The notes under the pieces: generated by a model | What the model was told of the DNA's origin: nothing | Database searches by the model: none | Seen by the model: the letters and a program-made list of their open reading frames with translations, nothing else | Translations under genes and position numbers: made by a program | Shown: positions 35,338-44,384 of the stretch, piece after piece | Numbering within the stretch: the stretch's first letter is position 1 | How the letters are laid out: the number at the start of each line of letters is the position of its first letter | Assembly: GCA_964617645.1 (NCBI GenBank) | Contig: CAZTYE010000007.1 | Location: 88,203 to 152,202, forward strand | Source of the DNA: an uncultured Ignavibacteria bacterium | GTDB lineage: Bacteria; Zixibacteria; MSB-5A5; CAIYYT01 | Length of the DNA stretch: 64,000 bases | Reading direction: 5' to 3'

Positions 35338-36126
35338 ATGATTAGATCACTGCGTACCGCAGCTTCGGGCATGATGGCCCAACAAATGAATGTCGATAAC
35401 ATCGCGAACAATCTCGCGAACGTTAATACCACCGGCTTCAAGAAGTCGAAGGTCGAATTTCAGGACATCATGTATCAGAGCCTGCGCAAGCCGGGTGTCA
35501 CGGCGGCAACGGGAGCAATCGTGCCGACCTCGCTCGACATCGGTTACGGCACGCGTCCCGTCGCGACTACGAGGCAATACTCGGTCGGTGAGCTGTCACA
35601 GACCGGGAATCCGCTTGATGTGGCCATCGACGGTGACGGATTTTTCCAGATTCAAAAGACCGACGGCACTACGGCGTTCACGCGCGACGGTAGCCTCAAG
35701 TTGACAGCTGACGGCAGATTGGCCACCTCGGACGGGTTTTATCTCACTCCAGAGATCACGATTCCTGAAGACGCCGTGTCGATCGCAATCGGCTTTGACG
35801 GTCAAGTGTCGGTTGTTCAGGCCGGTTCCAATGACCCGCAGGAAATTGGCCAGATCGAACTCGCGCGATTCATCAATCCGGCCGGGCTTTCGGCAATTGG
35901 GCATAACCTCTACGAAGAAACACCGTCCTCCGGTGCGCCAATCACGGGAGCCGCCGGCGAAAACGGCTTTGGCAAGATCAATCAGGGCTATCTGGAAATG
36001 TCCAATGTCGACGTCGTGACGGAAATGGTGAATATGATCGTGGCGCAGCGCGCCTATGAAATCAACTCGAAAGCGATTCAGACGGCGGATGACATGAGCA
36101 GTCTGGTCAATAACCTGAAGCGCTAA
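35338..36126 (+). CDS. flgG: flagellar distal rod protein FlgG
   Basis: MIRSLRTAASGMMAQQMNVDNIANNLANVNTTGFKKSKVEFQD; C-terminal GYLEMSNVDVVTEMVNMIVAQRAYE; 262 aa. Confidence 0.85.
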   Translation: MIRSLRTAASGMMAQQMNVDNIANNLANVNTTGFKKSKVEFQDIMYQSLRKPGVTAATGAIVPTSLDIGYGTRPVATTRQYSVGELSQTGNPLDVAIDGDGFFQIQKTDGTTAFTRDGSLKLTADGRLATSDGFYLTPEITIPEDAVSIAIGFDGQVSVVQAGSNDPQEIGQIELARFINPAGLSAIGHNLYEETPSSGAPITGAAGENGFGKINQGYLEMSNVDVVTEMVNMIVAQRAYEINSKAIQTADDMSSLVNNLKR

Positions 36127-36127
36127 T

Positions 36128-36823
36128 ATGAAATCGATTGCAGCGATAATTCTGTTGGTTACCACTCCCCTCTGGTTGATGCCGGCGACGGCGCTATCAC
36201 AAGCGACCACGCCGGCGTCAGCAATCGAAGCGGCGATAAAGGCGCGGCTAAACGATCCGCGATTCGACTACGTCGTCAGCGTCAATCAATTGCCCGTCGG
36301 CTTTCCCGAGAAGTGCGACTCACTGCGTGTCGAGCCGATCGGCGACGGCCAGACATTCGGCAACTGCTGGGTGAAGACATTCGCCTTCAGTGGCAATGTG
36401 GTCTCATTTACGGCAACAGTCAATGTCTACGTGCATTGGTACCAAGACGCGCTGGTCAGCACAGCGGCGATCGCCCGCGGCGAGAAACTCACTTCCGACA
36501 TGTTCACCGCGCAGCGCCGCGAGATCGTCTCCCAGTCCGACCCGCTGGTAACGTCGCTCGACGAGATCTCGGGGATGGAAGTCAATCGCAGCCTTCCGCC
36601 GGGGAAGGCGCTGTCGTACTCGATGCTCAAGCCGGAAGAGTTGATTCGTCGCGGCGAGCAGGTGACAATCCTGTACCAACGGGGAAGCGTGCAGATTACC
36701 GCCACCGGCGAAGCCAAGCAATCCGGAGCCCGAGGCGAACTAATCAAAGTCCGCAATCTAAATACGAACAAAGTAATCACTGCCGAGGTGCAAGATGAAG
36801 AATCGGTGCGTGTTTCTCGCTAA
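36128..36823 (+). CDS. flgA: flagellar P-ring assembly chaperone FlgA
   Basis: Signal peptide, SAF-like C-terminal domain (GEQVTILYQRGSVQITATGEA…GELIKVRNLNTNKVI). Position between flgG and flgH. Confidence 0.65.
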   Translation: MKSIAAIILLVTTPLWLMPATALSQATTPASAIEAAIKARLNDPRFDYVVSVNQLPVGFPEKCDSLRVEPIGDGQTFGNCWVKTFAFSGNVVSFTATVNVYVHWYQDALVSTAAIARGEKLTSDMFTAQRREIVSQSDPLVTSLDEISGMEVNRSLPPGKALSYSMLKPEELIRRGEQVTILYQRGSVQITATGEAKQSGARGELIKVRNLNTNKVITAEVQDEESVRVSR

Positions 36824-37451
36824 ATCCGCATATGCGGCGACACCGCGCGTAATGGTCAATCCATATGTGATCATCAAGGCTGCAGTGGCGGTTATCTTCG
36901 TAATCATTGCGGTCGTTCCGAATGCGTCGTACGCCCAGCGGGTCGGTTCTGACGGATCATTCTTTACAGACATCAAAGCGGCCCGTATCGGCGACCTCCT
37001 CACAGTTATCGTTTACGAGAACACCGAAGCGTCGAATGAGTCGCAACTGAAGACCGAAGAGAAGAGCGATGCCTCAACAAGTTCGGGCGGCGGCGTCGGG
37101 CCGCTCAATTTTATCCCGTTGTTCGCCGCGGACAATCAGAGCGACAACACCTATGACGGCAAGGGCACCAATTCGCGGCGCGGCACGATTCGCGCGCGAA
37201 TGACCGTGGAAGTCATCGCTGAACGCAACAACGGCGATTTGGTAATCCAGGGCAATCGCGTAATCGAGATCAATTCCGAGAAGGAGACGATGACGCTCAC
37301 GGGCATCGTGCGTCGCGCGGATATCGGCCCGGACAATACGATTGACTCTTACAACATCGCCAACGCCAAAATCGAATACACCGGCAAGGGACCGGCCGCT
37401 GACGGTTCCAAGCCCGGGCTTATCACCCGGATTCTGAACTGGATATTGTAA
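36795..37451 (+). CDS. flgH: flagellar L-ring protein FlgH
   Basis: GDLLTVIVYENTEASN, NTYDGKG and TLTGIVRRADIGPDNTI motifs. Start at ATG 36795 or 36852. Confidence 0.8.
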   Translation: MKNRCVFLAKSAYAATPRVMVNPYVIIKAAVAVIFVIIAVVPNASYAQRVGSDGSFFTDIKAARIGDLLTVIVYENTEASNESQLKTEEKSDASTSSGGGVGPLNFIPLFAADNQSDNTYDGKGTNSRRGTIRARMTVEVIAERNNGDLVIQGNRVIEINSEKETMTLTGIVRRADIGPDNTIDSYNIANAKIEYTGKGPAADGSKPGLITRILNWIL

Positions 37452-37469
37452 CGGTAAAGCAGGGAAGCT

Positions 37470-38588
37470 ATGCGCCTCGTGCGAATTTTGATCATCGGAT
37501 TGATCATCTTCGTGCTGGTTAACATCGTGCAATTGATGGAAGCCCGCGCGGATGTAAGAATCAAAGACATCGCTCGAATCAACCAGGCCGGCGAGATTGA
37601 TCTCGTCGGTTACGGTTTGGTGGTCGGACTTAATGGCACCGGCGACGGCAAAGGAGCGCTGTTTACCGTCCAGTCGATTACCAACATGCTGCAGCGAATG
37701 GGCATCACTGTTCCCGCGACGCAGGTAAAAATCAAGAACGTCGCGTCGGTTCTCGTGACCGCAAAAGTAACACGCGGCGCCGTGATCGGCGACAAGCTGG
37801 ATGTTACGGTGTCATCGATCGGTGACGCTTCGACCTTGGAAGGCGGGACCCTGGTGCTGACACCGTTGTCCGATCGCAGCGGGGTTTTGTACGGCTATGC
37901 TCAAGGTTCGGTCTCCATCGGCGGATTCAATGTGCAGGTTGGCGACAACAAAATTGTCAGCAACTACACCTTGGTTGGCCGCATACCAAATGGTCTGAGC
38001 CTGGAACGCGAAACACCGCGAGAGGTAGTCGATCCGAACACGATTCGTCTATCGCTTCTAAATCCAGATTACACGACTGCCGAGCGGATCAAGAATTCGA
38101 TCAATGAAGTGCACCCGCAGTCGGCAACGCTGATCGCCGACGGCGCGATTGCGATGACCTTGCCCAGCGAAATGGGTACCGACGACGGCCGCGCGCGTTT
38201 CATCGCCTCGATCGAGAACATCACGGTCGTGCCCGATACGCGTGCACGGATCGTCATCAACGAAAAGACCGGCACTATTGTGGCCGGTGGCAACGTCACC
38301 ATTGCGCCCGTGGCGCTGGCGCACGGCAACATCACGATTGAAGTCCGCTCACTTCCCGTCATCAGCCAGCCGGAACCCTTTGGCAAGGGAGAAACGGTTC
38401 AGACTCAGGATACGCAGGTTGACATCACCGAGGAGGAAGCGCGCGTCGTGCACTTCGAAGAACGTACCAGCATCTCGGAAATCGCGGCCGCGCTGAATGC
38501 GATCGGAGCCTCGCCACGCGACATCATTGCCATCTTCCAAGCATTGAAACAGGCCGGCGCCCTGCGTGCCGAGCTGGTCGTCTTATGA
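37470..38588 (+). CDS. flgI: flagellar P-ring protein FlgI
   Basis: Signal peptide, RIKDIARINQAGEIDLVGYGLVVGLNGTGD signature. Confidence 0.85.
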   Translation: MRLVRILIIGLIIFVLVNIVQLMEARADVRIKDIARINQAGEIDLVGYGLVVGLNGTGDGKGALFTVQSITNMLQRMGITVPATQVKIKNVASVLVTAKVTRGAVIGDKLDVTVSSIGDASTLEGGTLVLTPLSDRSGVLYGYAQGSVSIGGFNVQVGDNKIVSNYTLVGRIPNGLSLERETPREVVDPNTIRLSLLNPDYTTAERIKNSINEVHPQSATLIADGAIAMTLPSEMGTDDGRARFIASIENITVVPDTRARIVINEKTGTIVAGGNVTIAPVALAHGNITIEVRSLPVISQPEPFGKGETVQTQDTQVDITEEEARVVHFEERTSISEIAAALNAIGASPRDIIAIFQALKQAGALRAELVVL

Positions 38589-39478
38589 TCAAGATCAATC
38601 CGTTGCCGCAACCGCTGGAAGTCAAATCAGCCGGGCCAATATTCGACGAAAGCTCTCAACGACGCCTGAAGCTCAAGCAGGCGACACAGGCCTTTGAGTC
38701 GATCTTCATTGCCGAACTGCTCAGGAACATGCGAGCGAGTTCGCTGATCGAGAAGAAAGAGGATGGGTTTGGCAAGGACATCATGATGGCAATGGCCGAT
38801 GAAGGCGTCGCACGGCAATTGGCCAAGTCGGGCATGTTTGGTATCGGCGAGAAGCTCTATCGGAATCTCGTGAAGCGCATTGACGCCGGTAATGAACCAG
38901 CGAGCAAGCTCAAGATCACTCAACCACGCCAAATTGACGGCATCGCGCCACCAATTGCACCAAAGATCGCAAACGTATCCGGCGCCGAACAAACAATCGC
39001 CGCGAGGGAGACTGAACAGCCGACACAAGCCACGGTCGTCAAGTCACAAGTCGCCAAAGAAGCAACACCGCGAAGTTCGCATCCGAGCCTCCAAAAATTC
39101 ATCAAGCACATCGAATCCGCCGCCGCAGCGAACGATCTTCCGGTTGATCTACTGGAAAAAATCATCATACAAGAGTCCGCGGGCAACTCCCGTGCGATTT
39201 CACCGAAAGGCGCAGTCGGCCTGATGCAGTTGATGCCGGACACGGCGCGAGCGGTGGGAGTGCGCAATCGCTTTGATCCGGCGCAAAACATTCACGGCGG
39301 GGCGCGTTATCTCCGCCAGATGATCGATCGTTTCGGCGATTTGGAACAGGCGATTGCCGCCTACAACGCCGGACCGGGAAATGTCGTGAAATACGGCGGA
39401 GTGCCGCCCTTTGCTGAGACGCAGGATTACGTACGCACTGTGCTCGGCGACCGATCGGCTGCTCCGACAGTTAAGTAA
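38585..39478 (+). CDS. flgJ: FlgJ-like rod-binding protein fused to SLT-type lytic transglycosylase domain
   Basis: N-terminal rod-binding motif LKQATQAFESIFIAELLRNMRAS. C-terminal SLT motifs ESAGNSRAISPKGAVGLMQLMP…AYNAGPG. Confidence 0.7.
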   Translation: MIKINPLPQPLEVKSAGPIFDESSQRRLKLKQATQAFESIFIAELLRNMRASSLIEKKEDGFGKDIMMAMADEGVARQLAKSGMFGIGEKLYRNLVKRIDAGNEPASKLKITQPRQIDGIAPPIAPKIANVSGAEQTIAARETEQPTQATVVKSQVAKEATPRSSHPSLQKFIKHIESAAAANDLPVDLLEKIIIQESAGNSRAISPKGAVGLMQLMPDTARAVGVRNRFDPAQNIHGGARYLRQMIDRFGDLEQAIAAYNAGPGNVVKYGGVPPFAETQDYVRTVLGDRSAAPTVK

Positions 39479-39519
39479 ACAACGCCGATTTCCGACAAGA
39501 TTAGTGAAGAGGAACCGCT

Positions 39520-40023
39520 TTGGATAACAAGGTCTTACAACTAATCAAGCTGATTGGCGAGGAAGTCCACATTTTTGAGACTTTCCTTGAACACCTCAAC
39601 CGCCAGCAGGATGCGCTGGTAGCGAACGACATCACGGCACTCGAGGCGGTTACCCGCGATCAGGAGGAATTGGGTCTGCGTACTCAGCAGCTCGAACAAG
39701 AACGTCGCGCCCTGGTGACGGCGATCTGCGGAGAACTGAAGCGCGGTGACTCGGACATCACTCTCAGCGAATTGCGCAAGCTCGTGAGCGAACCGGAATC
39801 CATGCAAATTCACGCCATGCAGTCAACACTGCTATCGCTTCATGATCAGATTGCCAAGATCAAGCAGCGCAATGATTTTCTGATCCGCAAATCCATGGAG
39901 TATATCACCGACACAATAAACCATCTTGGTCTGGCTGAGACGCCTGCGAAAGCGGCCTATACGGTCGAATCGGTGCGCACGACTCCGTTCGTGAAAACCT
40001 CGTTGGTGGATCGGAGAGCGTAG
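39520..40023 (+). CDS. putative FlgN-like flagellar export chaperone
   Basis: 167-aa helical protein immediately upstream of flgK (conserved synteny). TTG start with RBS GAAGAGGA. No motif-level confirmation. Confidence 0.45.
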   Translation: MDNKVLQLIKLIGEEVHIFETFLEHLNRQQDALVANDITALEAVTRDQEELGLRTQQLEQERRALVTAICGELKRGDSDITLSELRKLVSEPESMQIHAMQSTLLSLHDQIAKIKQRNDFLIRKSMEYITDTINHLGLAETPAKAAYTVESVRTTPFVKTSLVDRRA

Positions 40024-40025
40024 CG

Positions 40026-41408
40026 ATGTCGGGACTCTTTTTCGGGTTGGAGTTGGGCAAACGCGCATTGATGGCGCAGCAGCTCGCTCTCAACACCGGT
40101 GGGCACAATATCGCCAATGCGGCAACACCGGGGTACTCGCGCCAGCGCGTATCCTTGACGCCGACGCTGCCGCTCGACACTCCGCGAGGGAGCATCGGTA
40201 CCGGAGTTATCGCGCAGAACGTGCGTCATGTCCGCGACCTGTTCCTGGGAGCCCAACTACGCACCGACACCGGCAGCATGAACCGTTGGCAATCGACGCA
40301 TAAGACGCTCTCGCAAGTTGAGCTGTTCTTCAACGAGCCGGGCGAGAAGGGGCTCGCCCAGCTCATCACCGATTTCTGGAATTCGTGGGAGAATCTGGCG
40401 ACAAATCCGAACGCAAGGTCGACAGTAATCGAAAAGTCAAAAGTGCTGATAAACGCCTTCCATGAACATGCCAATCAGTTGACGGACCTGCGCGCAAGCG
40501 TTGACACCGACATCAAGAATCGCGTGCTGCAGATCAACCAACTGGCCATGCAGATCGCGTCGATCAACCGGCAAATCGCTTCAGCCGAAGGTGGCGGCGA
40601 CATGGCCAATGACCTGCGCGACCAACGCGATCTGCTCATCGACCAGCTGGCGCAGTTCGCCAACGTGCGCACAATCGAGCGCGACAACGGCACGACGGCG
40701 GTCATGATTGGCTCGATGTCGCTGGTCGATGGCGTGGACTACTTGCAGATCGAAACGCGCACAGTCACCCGCAACGGCGGCAAAGCAACGATTTCGGTTT
40801 GGCAGGACACGAACTTCGAGATCGATTTCTCAGGCGGCGAAATCTTCGCGCTCGAGCAGTTGCGCGACAAGACGATTCCCGACATGCAGTCGCAACTCGA
40901 CACCCTGGCGCGAACAATCGCCGAACAGGTGAATCAAATCCACCGTGGTGGCGTCGGTGCGACCGGATCGACAAACATCGATTTCTTCGACGCGATGAAT
41001 GTGTCGGCGGCAACGATTGCGCTCAATACCGAAGTGGAAAACGATCCGAATTTGATCGCAGCCTCGCTATCGGGAGAGCCGGGGGACACGCGCAATGCGC
41101 AGGCCATCGCCGAATTGCGCTATGAGCGCGTGATGTCGGCCGGATCAACAACGATCAACGAGTACTATGCGAATATGGTCGGCACGCTCGGTATCCGCAC
41201 TGAGGAGGCTGAAACACTGAAAGATAATTATGGCCTGCTCGTTACGCAGCTCGACAACGCGCGCCAGGCGGTGCAGGGCGTTTCGATCGATGAAGAAGTC
41301 ACGGACATGATCCGCTTTCAGCGGGCGTATGAAGCGGCAGCGCGGGTGATCACCTTCGTTGACGGCGCGCTGCAAACGATAATCTCAGGCATGGGCGTGA
41401 CACGATAG
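40026..41408 (+). CDS. flgK: flagellar hook-associated protein 1 FlgK
   Basis: MSGLFFGLELGKRALMAQQLALNTGGHNIANAATPGYSRQ N-terminus. C-terminal rod/hook-family helix. Confidence 0.85.
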   Translation: MSGLFFGLELGKRALMAQQLALNTGGHNIANAATPGYSRQRVSLTPTLPLDTPRGSIGTGVIAQNVRHVRDLFLGAQLRTDTGSMNRWQSTHKTLSQVELFFNEPGEKGLAQLITDFWNSWENLATNPNARSTVIEKSKVLINAFHEHANQLTDLRASVDTDIKNRVLQINQLAMQIASINRQIASAEGGGDMANDLRDQRDLLIDQLAQFANVRTIERDNGTTAVMIGSMSLVDGVDYLQIETRTVTRNGGKATISVWQDTNFEIDFSGGEIFALEQLRDKTIPDMQSQLDTLARTIAEQVNQIHRGGVGATGSTNIDFFDAMNVSAATIALNTEVENDPNLIAASLSGEPGDTRNAQAIAELRYERVMSAGSTTINEYYANMVGTLGIRTEEAETLKDNYGLLVTQLDNARQAVQGVSIDEEVTDMIRFQRAYEAAARVITFVDGALQTIISGMGVTR

Positions 41409-41426
41409 ACAACCACGGAGGGTGGA

Positions 41427-41765
41427 TTGCTCATTCTAACAAGGAAGTTAGGCGAGTCCATCACGATCGGCGATAACATCAAAGTTACGGTGTTGGGCAT
41501 TTACGGCCGCCAGGTGCGACTCGGCATCGACGCGCCGCTGAAGGTTGTCGTACACCGCGAAGAAGTGTACGTCAAGATTCAGCAGGAGAATCGCAAAGCT
41601 GCGCAGGCGGCCAAGAAGGACCTGATGTCGGTCGTGACGATGCTCCGCAACAAGTTCAAGGGCGAGATCAAGGACTCCGGCGAACAAAAATCGGAGCTTG
41701 AATATCGCGACAACAAAGGCAAGAAGGACCGCAACGACGATCGCAGACCGGAATCAAAACGATAA
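41427..41765 (+). CDS. csrA: carbon storage regulator CsrA with ~50-aa charged C-terminal extension
   Basis: [25 protein letters not shown]…GIDAP core, TTG start with RBS GGAGGG. 112 aa against a typical 60-75. Confidence 0.85.
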   Translation: MLILTRKLGESITIGDNIKVTVLGIYGRQVRLGIDAPLKVVVHREEVYVKIQQENRKAAQAAKKDLMSVVTMLRNKFKGEIKDSGEQKSELEYRDNKGKKDRNDDRRPESKR

Positions 41766-41918
41766 GACAAGGGACTTATGCGGGACAGCAAGGACAGCAA
41801 AAGCGGCAAGGAGCCGGCCACCGATCCGAAAAAGGACCAGGGAAAAGACGGCGGTCGCATGCCGAACCCAATGGATGAAGGATTTGTCTTCTACGAAGAC
41901 TAATCGAGACGAATAACT

Positions 41919-43847
41919 ATGCGCGTAACGCACGAAATGATCGCCAAGCAGGTTGTCTTCAACCTGTCCAACAACATCGAGCGCTTCTTCAAGCTCCAGA
42001 ATATGATGTCGACCAACCGGCGGATCAACAAAGTGTCCGATGATCCGATCGGCACGATCAAAGATCTGTCGTACCGCGAACGCCTGACCGAAATCGGCCA
42101 GTACAAGGCCAATATCGCGATTGGGTCGACGTGGTTGGCGTCGAGCGATCGTGCGCTCAATGACGTCAATACGGCGGTCGCCGACGCGCATTCGATTGCG
42201 GTCGAGATGTCGAACGACACGTTCGACGCCGTTGCGCGAAACGTCGCCGCGAACGAAGTGCAATCGTTGCTCGACCAGATTCTCGCCGCGGGCAATTCGC
42301 AGTTGCAAAACAACTATCTCTTCTCCGGTTATCGCACGCGCACGCAGCCGTTCGAGGCTTCGGGAACCGGTGTGGTCTATCGCGGTGACCAGGGAGTGAT
42401 CCAATACAGCATCGACGCCAAAGCCAAGGTGCAGGTCAACACGATTGGCTCTAACCTTCTGACCAAGCCCTTTCAGGTAATCGGCGCCGATTCGGACTTG
42501 AGCATCGGCATCGTCGGCGCAACGCCGCTGGCGATTCTCAATGCCGGGACAGGTGTCGACGCAGCGCCCGGCACCTTTGTGGTCCGAGACGACAACTTAA
42601 ATATCGCGGCGACAATAGACATCTCCGCCGCGACTACAGTCGCCGATGCCATTTCTGCGATCAACACGCAGCTTGCCGCCGCCGGGATCACGAACTTGAC
42701 GGCGTCGTTGGGACTGGAAGGCAACAACCTGCGCCTGGTGGCAACGGGTCGTCCCGAAATCTCGTTAACTACGCCGCTGGCTAACTTGAATCAGGGTACC
42801 GGCATCGACGCTAATCCCGGAAAGTTCACAATTCGCAACGGTTCGGGAACGATCACCGCGACGGTCGACTTATCGGCTGCGGTAACCATCGGGGATGCGC
42901 TCAACGCAATCAATACTCAATTGGCTGCTGCGGGCGCGACGAACGTGACGGCCGCTTTGAACGGAAGCGGGACAGCGATCGAAATCACCGATACCAACGG
43001 CGTGCCGTTGGGATTGTACATCGAAGAGAATTCCGCCTTTGACACGACGGCGCGAACTCTGGGTCTGGTCGGCTCGATCGGCGCGATCCTGACGGGTTTG
43101 CCGCTCGATCCGCGTCCGGCGTTCACGGTCAGCGAGTCAGCTTCCGGCGAAACCACCGCTGCGAATCTCGGGCTAATCGGATCGTTCACTTACAACCACA
43201 TCGGCGCGGCGCTTGAGCCGCAACTGGAACCGACAACGCTGCTGGCGCAAATCCAGAACAACCTCGGCGCGCCATTGGGCACGCTGCGCATCTCGCAAGG
43301 TGAAGCAAGCGTAGTCATAAACACGAGTAGCCCCGGCATCACGACGGTTCAAGACTTAATCGATGCGATCAACAACGCGGGGCTAAACATCACTGCGGCG
43401 ATCAATCCCGGCGCTACCGGCATTCAGATCACGAACAACGATCCGACCCGGACGCTGATGATTGCGAACAATGACGATCAACGTGTAGCGACGATGCTCG
43501 GCATCGCGGGAGCGGCAGATGTCCTGGGGACAATTATGCTGCTGGTGGACGCCCTGCGAAACGATGATCGCAAAACCGTCGAAAATCTTGTCGGCACGTT
43601 GGACACGGCGCTCAATGCCGTGCTGAACGAACGCGCTTCAGTCGGAGCCAAAGTGATTCGGATGGATACAACGCTGAGCCGACTGGAGGAATACGAAGTC
43701 AATTACACGAAGTTGCTGTCGGAAGTCGAAGACGCCGACATTACGAAACTGATCACCGATCTGGCCATGCAGGAAAACGCCTATTCGGCCGCGCTGAATT
43801 CGGCGGCAAAAATCCTGCAGCCGTCGCTGCTCAATTTTATCCGGTGA
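41919..43847 (+). CDS. flgL: flagellar hook-associated protein 3 FlgL (flagellin-fold, with internal repeats)
   Basis: N-terminus MRVTHEMIAKQVVFNLSNNIERFFKLQNMMSTNRRINKVSDDP, C-terminal flagellin-like helix. 642 aa with three internal ~80-aa repeats. Confidence 0.8.
   Translation: MRVTHEMIAKQVVFNLSNNIERFFKLQNMMSTNRRINKVSDDPIGTIKDLSYRERLTEIGQYKANIAIGSTWLASSDRALNDVNTAVADAHSIAVEMSNDTFDAVARNVAANEVQSLLDQILAAGNSQLQNNYLFSGYRTRTQPFEASGTGVVYRGDQGVIQYSIDAKAKVQVNTIGSNLLTKPFQVIGADSDLSIGIVGATPLAILNAGTGVDAAPGTFVVRDDNLNIAATIDISAATTVADAISAINTQLAAAGITNLTASLGLEGNNLRLVATGRPEISLTTPLANLNQGTGIDANPGKFTIRNGSGTITATVDLSAAVTIGDALNAINTQLAAAGATNVTAALNGSGTAIEITDTNGVPLGLYIEENSAFDTTARTLGLVGSIGAILTGLPLDPRPAFTVSESASGETTAANLGLIGSFTYNHIGAALEPQLEPTTLLAQIQNNLGAPLGTLRISQGEASVVINTSSPGITTVQDLIDAINNAGLNITAAINPGATGIQITNNDPTRTLMIANNDDQRVATMLGIAGAADVLGTIMLLVDALRNDDRKTVENLVGTLDTALNAVLNERASVGAKVIRMDTTLSRLEEYEVNYTKLLSEVEDADITKLITDLAMQENAYSAALNSAAKILQPSLLNFIR
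42531..43030 (+). repeat. two tandem ~250-nt (83-aa) protein-level repeats inside flgL; a third degenerate copy at ~43313-43450
   Basis: ILNAGTGVDAAPGTFVVRDDNLNIAATIDISAATTVADAISAINTQLAAAGITNLTA aligns with NLNQGTGIDANPGKFTIRNGSGTITATVDLSAAVTIGDALNAINTQLAAAGATNVTA. Confidence 0.55.
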
Positions 43848-43853
43848 GGGACA

Positions 43854-44333
43854 ATGGAACTGCAAACGCGTCAATTTGGAATGATTCAGGTCGCCGAAGG
43901 CGAAATCCTCTCCGTCCCACGGGGGCTGCTCGGCTTCGAGGGCTTTGAGCGCTTCGTCTTGATCGACTCGCCCGACTGCCGGCCGTTCCGCTGGTTGCAG
44001 TCGGTCGACGCGCCCGACCTGTCCTTCGTAGTCGTCAATCCGACCGTGTTCTTTCCCGAATACCGGGTGACGGTACATGCCAAGGAAGTTGCCGATATCA
44101 ATGTTGCGCAGCCACAGGACGTAGAAATCTTCGTCATCGTCACCGTGCCGGAACACTGGGAAGAGATGTCGGCCAACCTGCAAGGGCCCATCTTGATAAA
44201 TCGGCGCAACAATAAGGTCAAGCAATTAGTGCTGACCGACTCGAGCTACGGCGTGCAGCATTCGATTGCCCGCCAGTTGGAACGCACTCGCGTCGAGGTC
44301 GCATCGGGAAACGCGATCGTTACAATTTCGTAA
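43854..44333 (+). CDS. fliW: flagellar assembly factor FliW (CsrA antagonist)
   Basis: MELQTRQFGMIQVAEGEILSVPRGLLGFEGFERFVLIDSPD…PFRWLQSVD signature; 159 aa. Confidence 0.85.
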   Translation: MELQTRQFGMIQVAEGEILSVPRGLLGFEGFERFVLIDSPDCRPFRWLQSVDAPDLSFVVVNPTVFFPEYRVTVHAKEVADINVAQPQDVEIFVIVTVPEHWEEMSANLQGPILINRRNNKVKQLVLTDSSYGVQHSIARQLERTRVEVASGNAIVTIS

Positions 44334-44384
44334 GCGAATTTATCCGCCTCGTGGATCGAGGCGCATTCAGGCATAGGAGCCGGC

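Noticed and set aside
39479-39519. GCCGATTT upstream of flgN as a sigma-28 -10
   Set aside because: Only 6/8 match with no plausible -35; too weak to call.
41698-41916. 72-aa ORF overlapping the csrA 3' end in another frame
   Set aside because: Arg/Thr/Lys-rich frame artefact of the charged csrA tail region. The separate ATG-initiated 41-aa ORF at 41778-41903 is reported as a low-confidence observation instead.
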